Below, piece by piece: positions 12,401 through 20,591 of a DNA stretch of 36,137 bases (positions are counted from its first letter, which is position 1; each line of letters starts with the position of its first letter). Source of the DNA: Myxococcota bacterium (lineage in GTDB: Bacteria > Myxococcota_A > UBA796 > CAJQPC01); assembly GCA_036012755.1 (NCBI GenBank), contig DASCPX010000074.1, positions 1 through 36,137 on the forward strand, given 5' to 3'. The translations under genes and the position numbers were made by a program. The notes under the pieces were generated by a model. The model worked only from the letters and a program-made list of their open reading frames with translations. It did not search any database and was not told where the DNA came from.

Positions 12401-13025
12401 CTACGACGCGAGCTTCGAGCCACTCGACGGCGACTACCTCGCCGCGGCGGCGTGGGACAGCGCCGAGCTGGTGATCCTGGAGAACGTCGGCGGCGGAGCG
12501 ACCTACGCCGAGAACTGGGAGACCGCCGGCACCTACACCATCAAGTACGCCACCGACGGCTCGGACTCCGGCTACTGGCAGCGTCCCGAGAACGTGGAGT
12601 GGCTGGACAACGGGGTTGGCCTCTACATGACGGCGAGCAATGAACAGAGCGTGTCGTTTGCGACCTTCTCTCCCTTCAGTCTGGATGTGATGGGCGACTT
12701 CGACGCCACCTACGCGGGCGGAGGCGGTTTCTACAACCCGCAGGGGATCGACGCGCTGCCGCTGGTGAGCATCGTCCACCCGCGTGCCAACACGCTGGTC
12801 GGGGGCGCGCTGGAGCCAGTGGTCATGCTGCGAGAGGACGGCGTCACCCAGATCGACTGCTCTCTGAACGGCACGACCAACACGACCTCTTCGAGCTACG
12901 GCGGCTTCGCGACCTGTCCGCCCTTCAACACCCAGGGCTTCGCGAGCGGCTCCCGCAGCGAGCTCGTGGTCACGGTGACCGCGCCGAGCGGGACCTACTC
13001 GACCTCGATCTGGCTCGACTTCTGA
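9420..13025 (+). CDS. Large S8 (subtilase) serine peptidase lipoprotein with PPC-like, IPT/TIG and C-terminal YVTN-like beta-propeller domains
   Basis: Catalytic triad VAALDTG (D, 10569), HGTGVAGVIGA (H, 10728), GTSACAP (S, 11364); oxyanion SAGN; EPNDTPETA and DWF (PPC-like); PAIDEVSPGSA...VTGEDFG (IPT). N-terminus MLLLLIAC. The ORF-track extension to 8619 is antisense to the upstream gene. Confidence 0.9.
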   Translation: MLLLLIACRGCAESGPPPDTSIPDTGLQDEEPGWSPFDIPEINTEPNDTPETAIRLNYGTLDVLEVGGDDDPVDWFVLQAGQAGTLSTFAYQVSDPDAEVVVTIYDADLSVLDKGLGEVGVMKNEPRDWYVAVESDVAVTLFFGVNFDVVDPAIDEVSPGSAQPLEWLTVTGEDFGIDEDALVAFVGGAVSEVRLVDEQTLEVLVPYGAMSDDVRVRVAGKDADASFSLDEIDRPDIEWDEPTSWDTTSDGVEWAEDRLVIDMTPESTEDDLADVLVGIDHEVVGWGPSINLWQVRLLALAGVDDLEALAEDLLQDSRVERIGSLGPLESDGLKLDSDPYPTANATYAGLHSAVSGTGLADAWRLYNSMGGTPLPAAVRVAALDTGLLSAPTTGAWSGEEFPDESMAGFSSVHNYIAFTAGGTELKDRADWFNNDAHGTGVAGVIGAQNGRGVGNGHGNGALSGFDRAGVDDDSDGTVDEDSESMPFIVDSYAKGGDGVAVALPERMTRVGAGAYAAINMSFGHYHVLSPGESIPEMIAIESAPDTVWVTSAGNWRSAGVGPTKNASRRMPAMFGSSYPAHVITVGAANRVGSTAGGGSFSGWSTVADDPTWYTFGGTPVTVIAQEEYLAPWDSPTHGSGAYKLFDGTSACAPEVTALVGFIRAHRPDLSASFVTALVRGSGTDLISAGIANWTAGPAVPGVANPLPAPTSAKRIHWTKLLMLELILESPYLEVDTEPYLVVGNDDDVDGYLRRVPLDPTTGLWNATDMPVDSVLQDCRNPVAVEATPDGLRLAAVCSDTDTVEVWSLLGWSHVGSVELSADVGAHGRATMTPDGLLVVPVQGFGQIHADVIDVARVELLDSVDIGVGSEVFGSGLLDTTGLYVGILTSDRDPGFVQVVQLDGPGESFTHDAGNSLDLSGSYAAGVTPNGFALHPDGEQLAVTYSGTPNTDLELVMLEVQRNVSEQFTGLSAPADQDFYMRVGSDEFLIPLEKPYDASFEPLDGDYLAAAAWDSAELVILENVGGGATYAENWETAGTYTIKYATDGSDSGYWQRPENVEWLDNGVGLYMTASNEQSVSFATFSPFSLDVMGDFDATYAGGGGFYNPQGIDALPLVSIVHPRANTLVGGALEPVVMLREDGVTQIDCSLNGTTNTTSSSYGGFATCPPFNTQGFASGSRSELVVTVTAPSGTYSTSIWLDF

Positions 13026-13058
13026 GTTGTTAGTGGGGCTACACAGGAGAGCAGCCCA

Positions 13059-14018
13059 ATGGCCATCGACGACAGCCGCGAGTTCGTCCCGCTGAACATC
13101 GCAATCCTCACGGTGTCGGACTCCCGCAGCTTCGAGACCGACACCTCTGGCGCGACCCTGGAGTCCCGGGCGACGGCCGCCGGTCACCGCGTCGTCGAGC
13201 GACGCATCGTGCCGGATCTGCGCTACTCCATCGAGGAGCAGCTGTGGCGCTGGGTCGAGTCAGAGGGCGTCGATGTCGTGCTCACCACCGGCGGCACCGG
13301 TGTCACCGGCCGAGACGTCACGACAGAGGCCGTGGAGCACGTCTGTGACAAGCTCATTCCTGGCTTCGGCGAGCTCTTCCGCCTGCAGGGCTTCGAGAAG
13401 ATCGGCACCTCCGCCATCCAGTCCCGGGCGACAGCCGGCGTTGCCCGCGGCACCTACCTCTTCGCCATCCCGGGGAGCACCGGGGCCTGCAAGGACGCCT
13501 GGGACGGCATCCTCGCCACGCAGCTCGACTCCCGCTTCCGTCCCTGCAACTTCGCCGAGCTCCTGCCCCGGCTGCGTGAACACCAGCTCGACCGCTTCGA
13601 GCCCATGAGCCTCGCCGACGTGAGGCAAGCTCAGGACGCCTGGGCCAAGGCCGTGGTCGATGGGGACGTCGAGACCCTCTGCGACCTCTACGACTACGGG
13701 GTGCTGATGTTCAAGCCCACGATGTCAGCGGCCATTCGCACGGACCGGGAGGGGGCCCGCAGCTACTTCGTCGGCGGCGATCCCCGCTACCCGGCGGACA
13801 CCGGCTTCCTCCTTCGGGACTGGGCATCCGTCGAGTTCGAGAGCGCCCGCGGCCCGCGCATGGGTGGCGGCGGCATCGGCTGGCGCGACATGGGCCACTA
13901 CCTCTTCACCGACGTCGCGGGCCAGTCCACCAAGGCCGACTACACCTTCGGCTACCACAAGAAAAGCGGGCGAGTGCTCATCACCCTGCACCACTCCAGC
14001 TTCACCGTCGGGGGGTGA
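13059..14018 (+). CDS. moaB: Molybdenum cofactor biosynthesis protein B fused to a C-terminal iota-class carbonic anhydrase-like (COG4337/SnoaL-fold) domain
   Basis: MoaB motifs IAILTVSDSR, DTSG, TTGGTG-x-TGRD-x-T, PGFGELFR, SRA-x-AG, PGS-x-GAC, QLDSR-x-RPCNF; then in-frame domain (13605-14018) with AQDAW, FKPT, SYFVGGD, DTGF, MGHY-x-F, YTFGY, ITLHHSS. SD AGGAG upstream. Confidence 0.9.
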   Translation: MAIDDSREFVPLNIAILTVSDSRSFETDTSGATLESRATAAGHRVVERRIVPDLRYSIEEQLWRWVESEGVDVVLTTGGTGVTGRDVTTEAVEHVCDKLIPGFGELFRLQGFEKIGTSAIQSRATAGVARGTYLFAIPGSTGACKDAWDGILATQLDSRFRPCNFAELLPRLREHQLDRFEPMSLADVRQAQDAWAKAVVDGDVETLCDLYDYGVLMFKPTMSAAIRTDREGARSYFVGGDPRYPADTGFLLRDWASVEFESARGPRMGGGGIGWRDMGHYLFTDVAGQSTKADYTFGYHKKSGRVLITLHHSSFTVGG

Positions 14019-14079
14019 GCTGCCCTGCCAGGGCGACATTCGTGATCAGTATCAGCATCGCTTGCCATCCGAGATCGCG

Positions 14080-14085
14080 TAGATT
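14080..14085 (+). promoter_or_regulatory. -10 element (TAGATT) 5 nt before the CotH ATG; likely leaderless
   Basis: TANNNT, no SD, in-frame TGA at 14085-14087. Confidence 0.5.
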
Positions 14086-14090
14086 GAAGC

Positions 14091-15839
14091 ATGCTCCTGG
14101 CCCTCCTCGGCTGTGGTCCCCCCAGCGTCGGCACCATCGACGTCGATCTCCTCGTCCCGGATCTGGAACAGGACACCGGGATCGAGAGCGTGGGCTCGGC
14201 TCCCGACGAGGCGGCATTCCTCTTCGGCACGGAGCAGGTCGTCGACGTCGAGATCGAGATCTCCGATGCGTCCGCCAGCGATCTGACGTCCGACCCCTTC
14301 GAGTACGTGCCGGTCTCGATTCGAATCGACGGCGGAGAGTGGCTCGATGACGTCGCCATCCGCATCAAGGGTCGCATCGGCAGCTACCGGACGCTCTCGG
14401 GCAAGCCGGGCCTCCGGGTCGACTTCGACCGCTTCGTGGAGGGGAGGCGCTGGAAGGGCCTGAAGGCCATGACCTTGAACAACATGGTCAACGACTACGC
14501 ACAGATTCACGAGATCGTCGCCTATCCCTTCTACGAGCACGTCGGCATCGCCGCGCCGCGAGTGGGGTACGCCTGGCTCACCATCAACGACTCCGACTAC
14601 GGTCTGTACGCGAACATCGAGACTCCCGACGACCACTGGCTCGAGCGCGTCTACTCCGGCCACGACGACGGCAACTTCTACGAAGCCGACTACATGTGGT
14701 ACCCGGACGGGTCCTACGACCTCGTCGACTTCACCCCCACGCAGTACCACCTCTTCGAGCTCGACGAGGGCACTGATGTCGGCTTCGAGGACATCCTCGA
14801 GATCGTCGACTCGGTCCAGGCGACCGCCGGGACAGAGGACTACGACGAGACCACCGGCGAGTTCCTCGACTGGCCCCACTTCTGGCGCTTCTGGGCCACA
14901 GAGGTCTGGCTGGGCCAGTGGGACGGCTACAACTACAACACCAACAACTACCGTCTGTATTTCGACCCGGACGATGGCAAGGCGGATCTGCTGCCCTGGG
15001 GACACGACTGGGTCTTCCACGACTGGCGGACGTGGACCACGCCTCGGAGCACGCTCGGCTACTGGTGTCTGTACGACTCGACGTGCACCGAGGGCTTCCT
15101 GGACGAGCTCGTTGTCCTCACGGACATGGCCGATGCCTATCCCTTCGCCGAGCGCATCGACGAGGCCGCGGAGCTCGCGGCGCCGTACATCGAGGCGGAT
15201 CCCCGAAAGGAGATCTCGGCTGACACCGCCTACTACTACCAGGACATCATGCGCGACTGGATCACCTGGCGCAGCCAGGCCGTGCAGTCCTGGTGGGGTG
15301 TCGCCGATCCCGAGGTGACCGTGGGTACGGTCTCCGCTGGCAGCGTCGAGGTGATCACCGCCCCGGATGCGCTCTCCCTCGACGGCGCAGAGGGCTGGAA
15401 CTACGGCGGCGAGACCGTCGCCATCGAAGACGTCGACTTCGTCGCCACCTACACTCCAGGCACCAGCTACTCCGGCAACGTGCCCGACCTCGAAGAGGGC
15501 TGGACCGGGATCGAGCAGGTGCTCTACAGCTGCCAGTACGCGAGCCCGGGCTACGTGCTGGAGTTGAGCTTCCCCGTCGAGCCGGGAGAGGAGCTGACCG
15601 TCCAGCTGCTGATGTTCGAGCCCTACTACAGCTGGACCGGCAATCGGGTGCAGGACATCACGGTGGAGGGCGAGGTCGTCGTCGAGGACCTCGACGTGCA
15701 CACCATGTCGAACAGGGGCGGCCTCGTGTACACGCTGGAGCTGACCGCCGCCGACGACAGCCTGGATGTGCTGGTCTCGAGCTCCGCCACCGGCGACGGC
15801 CACACCATCATCAGCGGGGTGGCGCTGGTCCGCGAGTGA
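14091..15839 (+). CDS. CotH-family kinase lipoprotein with C-terminal malectin/galactose-binding-like domain
   Basis: IRIKGRIGSYR, KPGLRVDF, TLNNMVND, YGLYANIE, WDGY..NNYRLY, LLPWGHD; C-terminal VQLLMFEPY...NRVQDITVEG...IISGVALVRE; N-terminus MLLALLGC. Confidence 0.85.
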   Translation: MLLALLGCGPPSVGTIDVDLLVPDLEQDTGIESVGSAPDEAAFLFGTEQVVDVEIEISDASASDLTSDPFEYVPVSIRIDGGEWLDDVAIRIKGRIGSYRTLSGKPGLRVDFDRFVEGRRWKGLKAMTLNNMVNDYAQIHEIVAYPFYEHVGIAAPRVGYAWLTINDSDYGLYANIETPDDHWLERVYSGHDDGNFYEADYMWYPDGSYDLVDFTPTQYHLFELDEGTDVGFEDILEIVDSVQATAGTEDYDETTGEFLDWPHFWRFWATEVWLGQWDGYNYNTNNYRLYFDPDDGKADLLPWGHDWVFHDWRTWTTPRSTLGYWCLYDSTCTEGFLDELVVLTDMADAYPFAERIDEAAELAAPYIEADPRKEISADTAYYYQDIMRDWITWRSQAVQSWWGVADPEVTVGTVSAGSVEVITAPDALSLDGAEGWNYGGETVAIEDVDFVATYTPGTSYSGNVPDLEEGWTGIEQVLYSCQYASPGYVLELSFPVEPGEELTVQLLMFEPYYSWTGNRVQDITVEGEVVVEDLDVHTMSNRGGLVYTLELTAADDSLDVLVSSSATGDGHTIISGVALVRE

Positions 15840-15842
15840 CCC

Positions 15843-16169
15843 TCAGTCGCAGCTCTCCATGACGTTGTCGCCGTCGAGCTCCAGCTCCAGGTCGCGGCCG
15901 TCGAAGGTGGCCCGCACGGACTCGCCACAGACCGAGCCGGAGAAGGTCTGCTCGTACTCGTCCGTGACGAGGTCCGCCTCGAAGCCCCCATCGGCGACCG
16001 CTATCGGGTCCTCGGCCAGCCAGAACGTGCAGCCCAGCTGCAGCTCGCCCGTGCCGTCCATGCGGATCCGGAGGCGCTCCCCGTCGAAGCCGTTGTAGGT
16101 GCCCTCTGGGAAGTCGCCGTCGGCTGGGGGCTCGCAGGCACAACCGAGCGCCAGGAGGATCAGTCCCAC
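15843..16169 (-). CDS. Small hypothetical lipoprotein
   Basis: GTG start overlapping the end of the upstream gene; (M)GLILLALGCAC; acidic 108 aa. Confidence 0.65.
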   Translation of the reverse strand: MGLILLALGCACEPPADGDFPEGTYNGFDGERLRIRMDGTGELQLGCTFWLAEDPIAVADGGFEADLVTDEYEQTFSGSVCGESVRATFDGRDLELELDGDNVMESCD

Positions 16170-18058
16170 TCTTGTGTCGCCTCCGTGAAATCACACGTGC
16201 CGTCCTTGCCATACTCCCAGCACAGACTCGGATGGACCATCGGGTTGTCGCCTTCCCAGGCGGAACCGAGGAAGCCGAGGATCTGTTCCATGGCGGCCTC
16301 GGCCGCGATGGTGTCGCGGGCGGCGAACCCATGGACGTCGTAGACGCCGGTGTCAGGCACCCGGAACTGCTCGAGGGCGGCGCCCTCGGTGACTGTGCCG
16401 TCGATGCTCTCCAGCCCGTGGATCGGGTCCAGCACCGGCTCGATCTGTGTGGCATGCAGGGCGTTGGCCAGGAGGTTCGTGCCGAGGTTCGGCAACACCG
16501 GGTCCTCCATCGACTCCTGCAGCAGGAAGGCTCCACCCACCGCGAGCGCCTCGTCGGCCCAGACCGCGCCGTCCACGTCGTCCCAGGCGCCCTGTCCCAT
16601 CACCATCGCGAGGTGCATCTGCAGGGGCGAGCCGTAGTTCACCGTGAAGAGCTCCTCGAGGGCGACCTCGTAGAGCATCGAGTGCGGGATCATGTGGGAC
16701 CACCCGGTCCCCGGCACGTTCAGGACAGCGGTGTTCAGGCGGTCGTCTGCGGCCACGATGACAGCGCCCAGCGTCCCTCCGAGGGATCCTCCGGTCCAGA
16801 CGACGAAGTCCGTGTCGGGGTAGCGGCCCGCAGCCGGGTTCTCCACCCCTGCGATCTCCGGGGCAGCCAGGGCCTCGCCGAGCACGCCGTCCATCGCCGT
16901 GATGAGCACGGTGCCGCCGGCGATCGACTGCATCAGCCCCGCCGTGCTGCGCCCCGAGCCCTCTACGAAGGCGTCGAAGCCCATGAGCGTCTGGATGAAG
17001 TCTTCGTCGGTCCAGCCCTCGAAGCGGAGGTTCAGCTTCGCGATGTCGTAGGCAGCCAGCTCCTGGTCGAAGGCCGAGTCGGACAGATCGCCGCCGGTGC
17101 CGTGGCCGTAGAGGGTGAGCTTGTAGGGCGTCTCGGTCGGGCCGCTCGGGATCGAGATGCGGAACTCGATGTCGTCCTCGCCGACGACCATGGGGCGGCC
17201 GTCGTCGTCGAGGACCAGGCTCCCATCTTCGTCGAGGAAGCCGGGGGCGCCCTTCAGCCGACCGCGGATGATGCAGGCCTGGTCGTCGTTTCCGGGGATG
17301 ACCAGGCTGTCGAACTCTACGGTCAGCTCGCCGAGGGCGGCGTCCAGCTGCTCCATCATCGCGTGTGTCCGGAAGGTCGAGTCGGTGGCGCTGCGGGTCG
17401 TGAAGTCCCAGACCCGCGCGACGCGCTCGAGCTCGATGCCCTGCTCTTCGAGGAAGGCGCGGGTCGGGGCGTGGTAGGCGGCCAGGGCCTGCTCCTCGGC
17501 GCCTCGGGCCTTGTCCAGACCCAGGGCGATGCGGACCTCGTCGGTGGGGGTCGCTCCCACCGAGTCCAGCACGATGGCGACGTGGTCGGCGTTGGCCTCG
17601 AGCACCTCCTCCGGGCGACCGATCAACAGCGTGCGCTCGACCCCGAGGCCGCCGGCGTCGATGAGCTCGATCCAGAAGGCCTGGCGCTGGCCGTAGCGCT
17701 CCGAGTCGGGCTGGGCGTTGAAGACCTGGAGCACCCCGTCCGCCGAGAGCTGCGGCTCCACCTCGGTCGTGGCGAGGTCCATCTCGACCGTGGTGTCGAA
17801 GGCGACCGCGACCCCGGTCACGCGAGAGAAGCCGTCGGCGAGGTTCAAGAAGCTCGGGTCGTCCTCGCCGGGCATCGAGCTGACCTCGATGGCCAGCCTG
17901 AGACCCGTCTCCGTCGAGGTGTCGGTCACGGTGTAGGTGTTGTCGGGCCAGGGGAGCAGGCAGTGCTCGGGGTCCAGCGAGGAGCACTCCGCCGACAGGG
18001 GAGCGCGCTCGCCAGCCAGGCGGTCCTCGGGCGCGGCGCAGGCCAACAGCAGGATCAC
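16160..18058 (-). CDS. Secreted/lipoprotein alpha/beta hydrolase (lipase-like)
   Basis: (M)ILLLAC N-terminus; CLLPWPDN and DGFS N-domain motifs; oxyanion YGHGTGG, nucleophile GGSLGG, Asp in DPVLPN, His in DVHGF. Confidence 0.75.
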   Translation of the reverse strand: MILLLACAAPEDRLAGERAPLSAECSSLDPEHCLLPWPDNTYTVTDTSTETGLRLAIEVSSMPGEDDPSFLNLADGFSRVTGVAVAFDTTVEMDLATTEVEPQLSADGVLQVFNAQPDSERYGQRQAFWIELIDAGGLGVERTLLIGRPEEVLEANADHVAIVLDSVGATPTDEVRIALGLDKARGAEEQALAAYHAPTRAFLEEQGIELERVARVWDFTTRSATDSTFRTHAMMEQLDAALGELTVEFDSLVIPGNDDQACIIRGRLKGAPGFLDEDGSLVLDDDGRPMVVGEDDIEFRISIPSGPTETPYKLTLYGHGTGGDLSDSAFDQELAAYDIAKLNLRFEGWTDEDFIQTLMGFDAFVEGSGRSTAGLMQSIAGGTVLITAMDGVLGEALAAPEIAGVENPAAGRYPDTDFVVWTGGSLGGTLGAVIVAADDRLNTAVLNVPGTGWSHMIPHSMLYEVALEELFTVNYGSPLQMHLAMVMGQGAWDDVDGAVWADEALAVGGAFLLQESMEDPVLPNLGTNLLANALHATQIEPVLDPIHGLESIDGTVTEGAALEQFRVPDTGVYDVHGFAARDTIAAEAAMEQILGFLGSAWEGDNPMVHPSLCWEYGKDGTCDFTEATQEWD

Positions 18059-18064
18059 GGCGGA

Positions 18065-18070
18065 ACTCTA
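18065..18070 (-). promoter_or_regulatory. -10 element (TAGAGT) 6 nt before the hydrolase GTG; likely leaderless
   Basis: TANNNT on the minus strand, no SD. Confidence 0.5.
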
Positions 18071-18102
18071 CTGTCCGCATCGGGGGATCCGATCCCCAGG
18101 AC

Positions 18103-18546
18103 ATGTTCATGCCCAGCCGTCGCCCTTTCGAGGGCTTCGCTCGCGAGCACGGCTTGCGCTTCGAGGAGGGGGGCCGCGTGCTGCGCGGTGCGTGGAACGG
18201 TCTGCCCGTCGAGGTCCGCATCGACGCCAGCCGCGTCGTGGTCGCCTGCCGCATCGCAAGCGCCGTGGAGGCGAGCTTCCCTCACTCGGCGCGTGGGCTC
18301 CTGAGCCACATCCGTGACGTCGAGCGGGGCGCGGCGCTGCCGACGCCGAGCTTGCGGGACGAGGTCGCCCGCGCGGCCTGGGCCCGGGTGCTCGAGCAGG
18401 GCCACGTCGCCTGCATCCGCGGCCGCGAGCTCCAGATCCGCCGCCGCCGTGACGCCACCTGTGGGCGGGAGCTGTCCGCCTCCCTCGACCACGCCACGGA
18501 GCTCGCCCGACACATGGTGGCCGTCCCCTCTCGCGCGGCGGCCTGA
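18103..18546 (+). CDS. Hypothetical protein
   Basis: Fills the gap between divergent gene and DUF362 gene with GC3-rich codons; start could be 18103 or 18109. Confidence 0.55.
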   Translation: MFMPSRRPFEGFAREHGLRFEEGGRVLRGAWNGLPVEVRIDASRVVVACRIASAVEASFPHSARGLLSHIRDVERGAALPTPSLRDEVARAAWARVLEQGHVACIRGRELQIRRRRDATCGRELSASLDHATELARHMVAVPSRAAA

Positions 18547-18558
18547 TACAGGGGGGCC

Positions 18559-19662
18559 ATGGTCCTCCTGGAGCCCACCGGCGAGCGCTGCATCGAGCGA
18601 CTCCTCGACGCCGCCCTGGTAGATCTGCCTGCTGGCGCCTCGGTCCTCGTCAAGCCGGACTGGAACGCCCGGAGCGAGCCCAAGCCGGGCGAGAACACCA
18701 CTCCGGAGCTCTTGCGGGCCGTGCTGTCGTGGCTCGAAGCGCGCGGGGTCGAGCACCTGAGCATCGGCCACAGCTCGCTGCTCACGCCGCCGGATACCCC
18801 CTACACCAGCTTCATGGACCTGGTCGAGATCGCCGGCTGCGTGGAGCTGCTCGAAGACTTCCCACACCTCAAGCTCGTCGACCTCGAGATCGAGCCGATG
18901 CAGCTCCAGGGCGGCTTCCTCGTCCCGCAGGCCCTCGGCGAACACGACGTCGTGATCAACTGCGTGCGCCTGAAGAGCCACATGGGCACGACAATCGCGG
19001 TCGCCTGCAAGGGCTTGATGGGGCTGTTGCCCGACAGCGAGCACCTCCGCATGCATCGCGACGGCCTCGATGTCCTGCTGGCCGAGCTCGCGCGTGTCCT
19101 GCCGCCGACACTCAGCATCGTCGAGGCCGATGTCGGCATGGAAGGGGAGGGGCCCCACCACGGCACTCCGGTCGACTGCGGCTATGTGCTCGCCGGCGAC
19201 GACCTCTTCGAGCTCGACTGCGTCGCGGCCAGGCTCATGGGTGTCGATCCGGCCGAGGTCGGCCACCTCGCGAGCCTCGGAGAGACCTTCCCGCCGCTCC
19301 CGGAGGAGTTCGAGCCCCACGTCGTGGCCTTCGAGCGGTCCAAGGGCATGCTCGCCGTCACCCGGGCGGTGCGGGTCTGGCCCGGAGACTCCTGCGCGAC
19401 CTGCCACGTCGCCGCATCCAGCCTGCTCGAGCACATCGAGGTCCGTGACCTGCCGGGCCTCGCCAAGGCGCTCTACGTCGACGGCGTCGACGTCTACATG
19501 GGCCACCAGCCCGCCGATCGCCGCCCCTCTGGGGATCGTTGCGTCGCTGTCGGCGAGTGCGCACGCGGCTTCGCCGAGGCCCACGGCGTGGCACTGGTCG
19601 AGGGCTGCCCGGTGCGCGCGGAGCGGGTCCGGCCCGCCCTCGTCGAGGCGCTCACCGCATGA
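18559..19662 (+). CDS. DUF362 domain protein with C-terminal Cys (Fe-S-like) module
   Basis: VLVKPD(N)W, TTPELLRAV, INCVRLKSH, ACKGLMG, GMEGEGP..G motifs; C-terminal CATC...VGECA...EGCP. Confidence 0.8.
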   Translation: MVLLEPTGERCIERLLDAALVDLPAGASVLVKPDWNARSEPKPGENTTPELLRAVLSWLEARGVEHLSIGHSSLLTPPDTPYTSFMDLVEIAGCVELLEDFPHLKLVDLEIEPMQLQGGFLVPQALGEHDVVINCVRLKSHMGTTIAVACKGLMGLLPDSEHLRMHRDGLDVLLAELARVLPPTLSIVEADVGMEGEGPHHGTPVDCGYVLAGDDLFELDCVAARLMGVDPAEVGHLASLGETFPPLPEEFEPHVVAFERSKGMLAVTRAVRVWPGDSCATCHVAASSLLEHIEVRDLPGLAKALYVDGVDVYMGHQPADRRPSGDRCVAVGECARGFAEAHGVALVEGCPVRAERVRPALVEALTA

Positions 19663-20567
19663 AGGTCCTGGTCTCCGGTCACGACAGCCCCCTCGGACGC
19701 CGGGTGGTCCTTGGGCTGGAGCAGCGGCACGAGCTGGTCCTTCACGACACGGTCGAGCGCTGCACTCCCGACCGCTGGGGCGACCACATCGACGGCGTCG
19801 AGGTCGTCGTGAACCTCGCCGAGCGCTGCCAGGCCCCCGAGCCAGAGGTCCTCGAGGTCGTGCTCAAGGGCACTCAGTCGCTGCTGCACGGCTTCGGCGC
19901 CTATGGCTCGCCCGGGACCTTCATCCACCTGAGCTCGGCGCTGATCGGGGCTGGGACCCCGGACGAGCCGGACGTCGACCCCAAGCGCTACGGCTCGGCC
20001 TGGCTCGCGTGGAAGTGCGCGGCCGAAGCGCGGGTCAACCACTGGACCCGCCGCACGGGCCACGAGACGGTCGTGGTGCGGAGCGGGCACGCCTTCGGCG
20101 CCGTGGGCATCGACGGGCCGCTCACGGGCTGGCTGGAGGCGGCCGCCGCCTCTGCGGAGAGCAGCGGGCGCTTGGAGCTCGACAGCGCCGAGACCTTGCT
20201 CCCCTTCGTCCACGTCGACGAGCTGGCGCGGGCCATCATCGCCAGGGTGGACGGTCTGCCCATGCCGGGGGAGCAGCACCTCGTCGCCAACCTCCACCGG
20301 GTCGACGCGGTCGGCTTGTTGGCCTCCCTGGGCCAGGTCCACCGCAAGCTCTGCCAGCGGACCGAGCGAAAGCCAGTGGTCGTCTCTCCGCGGACACCGC
20401 TGGGTGAGCGGCTGCGCGGGATGGTCTCGAGGGGCGAGGAGCTGCCTCGCTCTCCCCGCTACTTGCGGAGGGCTCCCATCCGCGACCTGGACCCCGCCTG
20501 GCCCGCAATGTTCGGCCACCGCGGCCTCGACGAGGTCGTAGAGGCTCTGGTCGGCGGAGCCTGCTAG
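19659..20567 (+). CDS. NAD-dependent epimerase/dehydratase family protein (atypical SDR)
   Basis: ATGA overlap with DUF362 gene; MKVLVSGHDSPLG, VVVNLA, FIHLSSA, WLAWKCAAE, FVHVDELA. Confidence 0.75.
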   Translation: MKVLVSGHDSPLGRRVVLGLEQRHELVLHDTVERCTPDRWGDHIDGVEVVVNLAERCQAPEPEVLEVVLKGTQSLLHGFGAYGSPGTFIHLSSALIGAGTPDEPDVDPKRYGSAWLAWKCAAEARVNHWTRRTGHETVVVRSGHAFGAVGIDGPLTGWLEAAAASAESSGRLELDSAETLLPFVHVDELARAIIARVDGLPMPGEQHLVANLHRVDAVGLLASLGQVHRKLCQRTERKPVVVSPRTPLGERLRGMVSRGEELPRSPRYLRRAPIRDLDPAWPAMFGHRGLDEVVEALVGGAC

Positions 20568-20591
20568 AATAAGGACTTCTGCGGAGGCACC

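Noticed and set aside
9891..13187. 1098-aa minus-strand ORF, and similar long ORFs at 14052-15803, 16172-18304, 28014-29645, 22575-24296
   Set aside because: Antisense or alternate-frame shadows of well-supported genes; stop-poor frames are expected with strong GC3 bias, and the products have no recognisable motifs.
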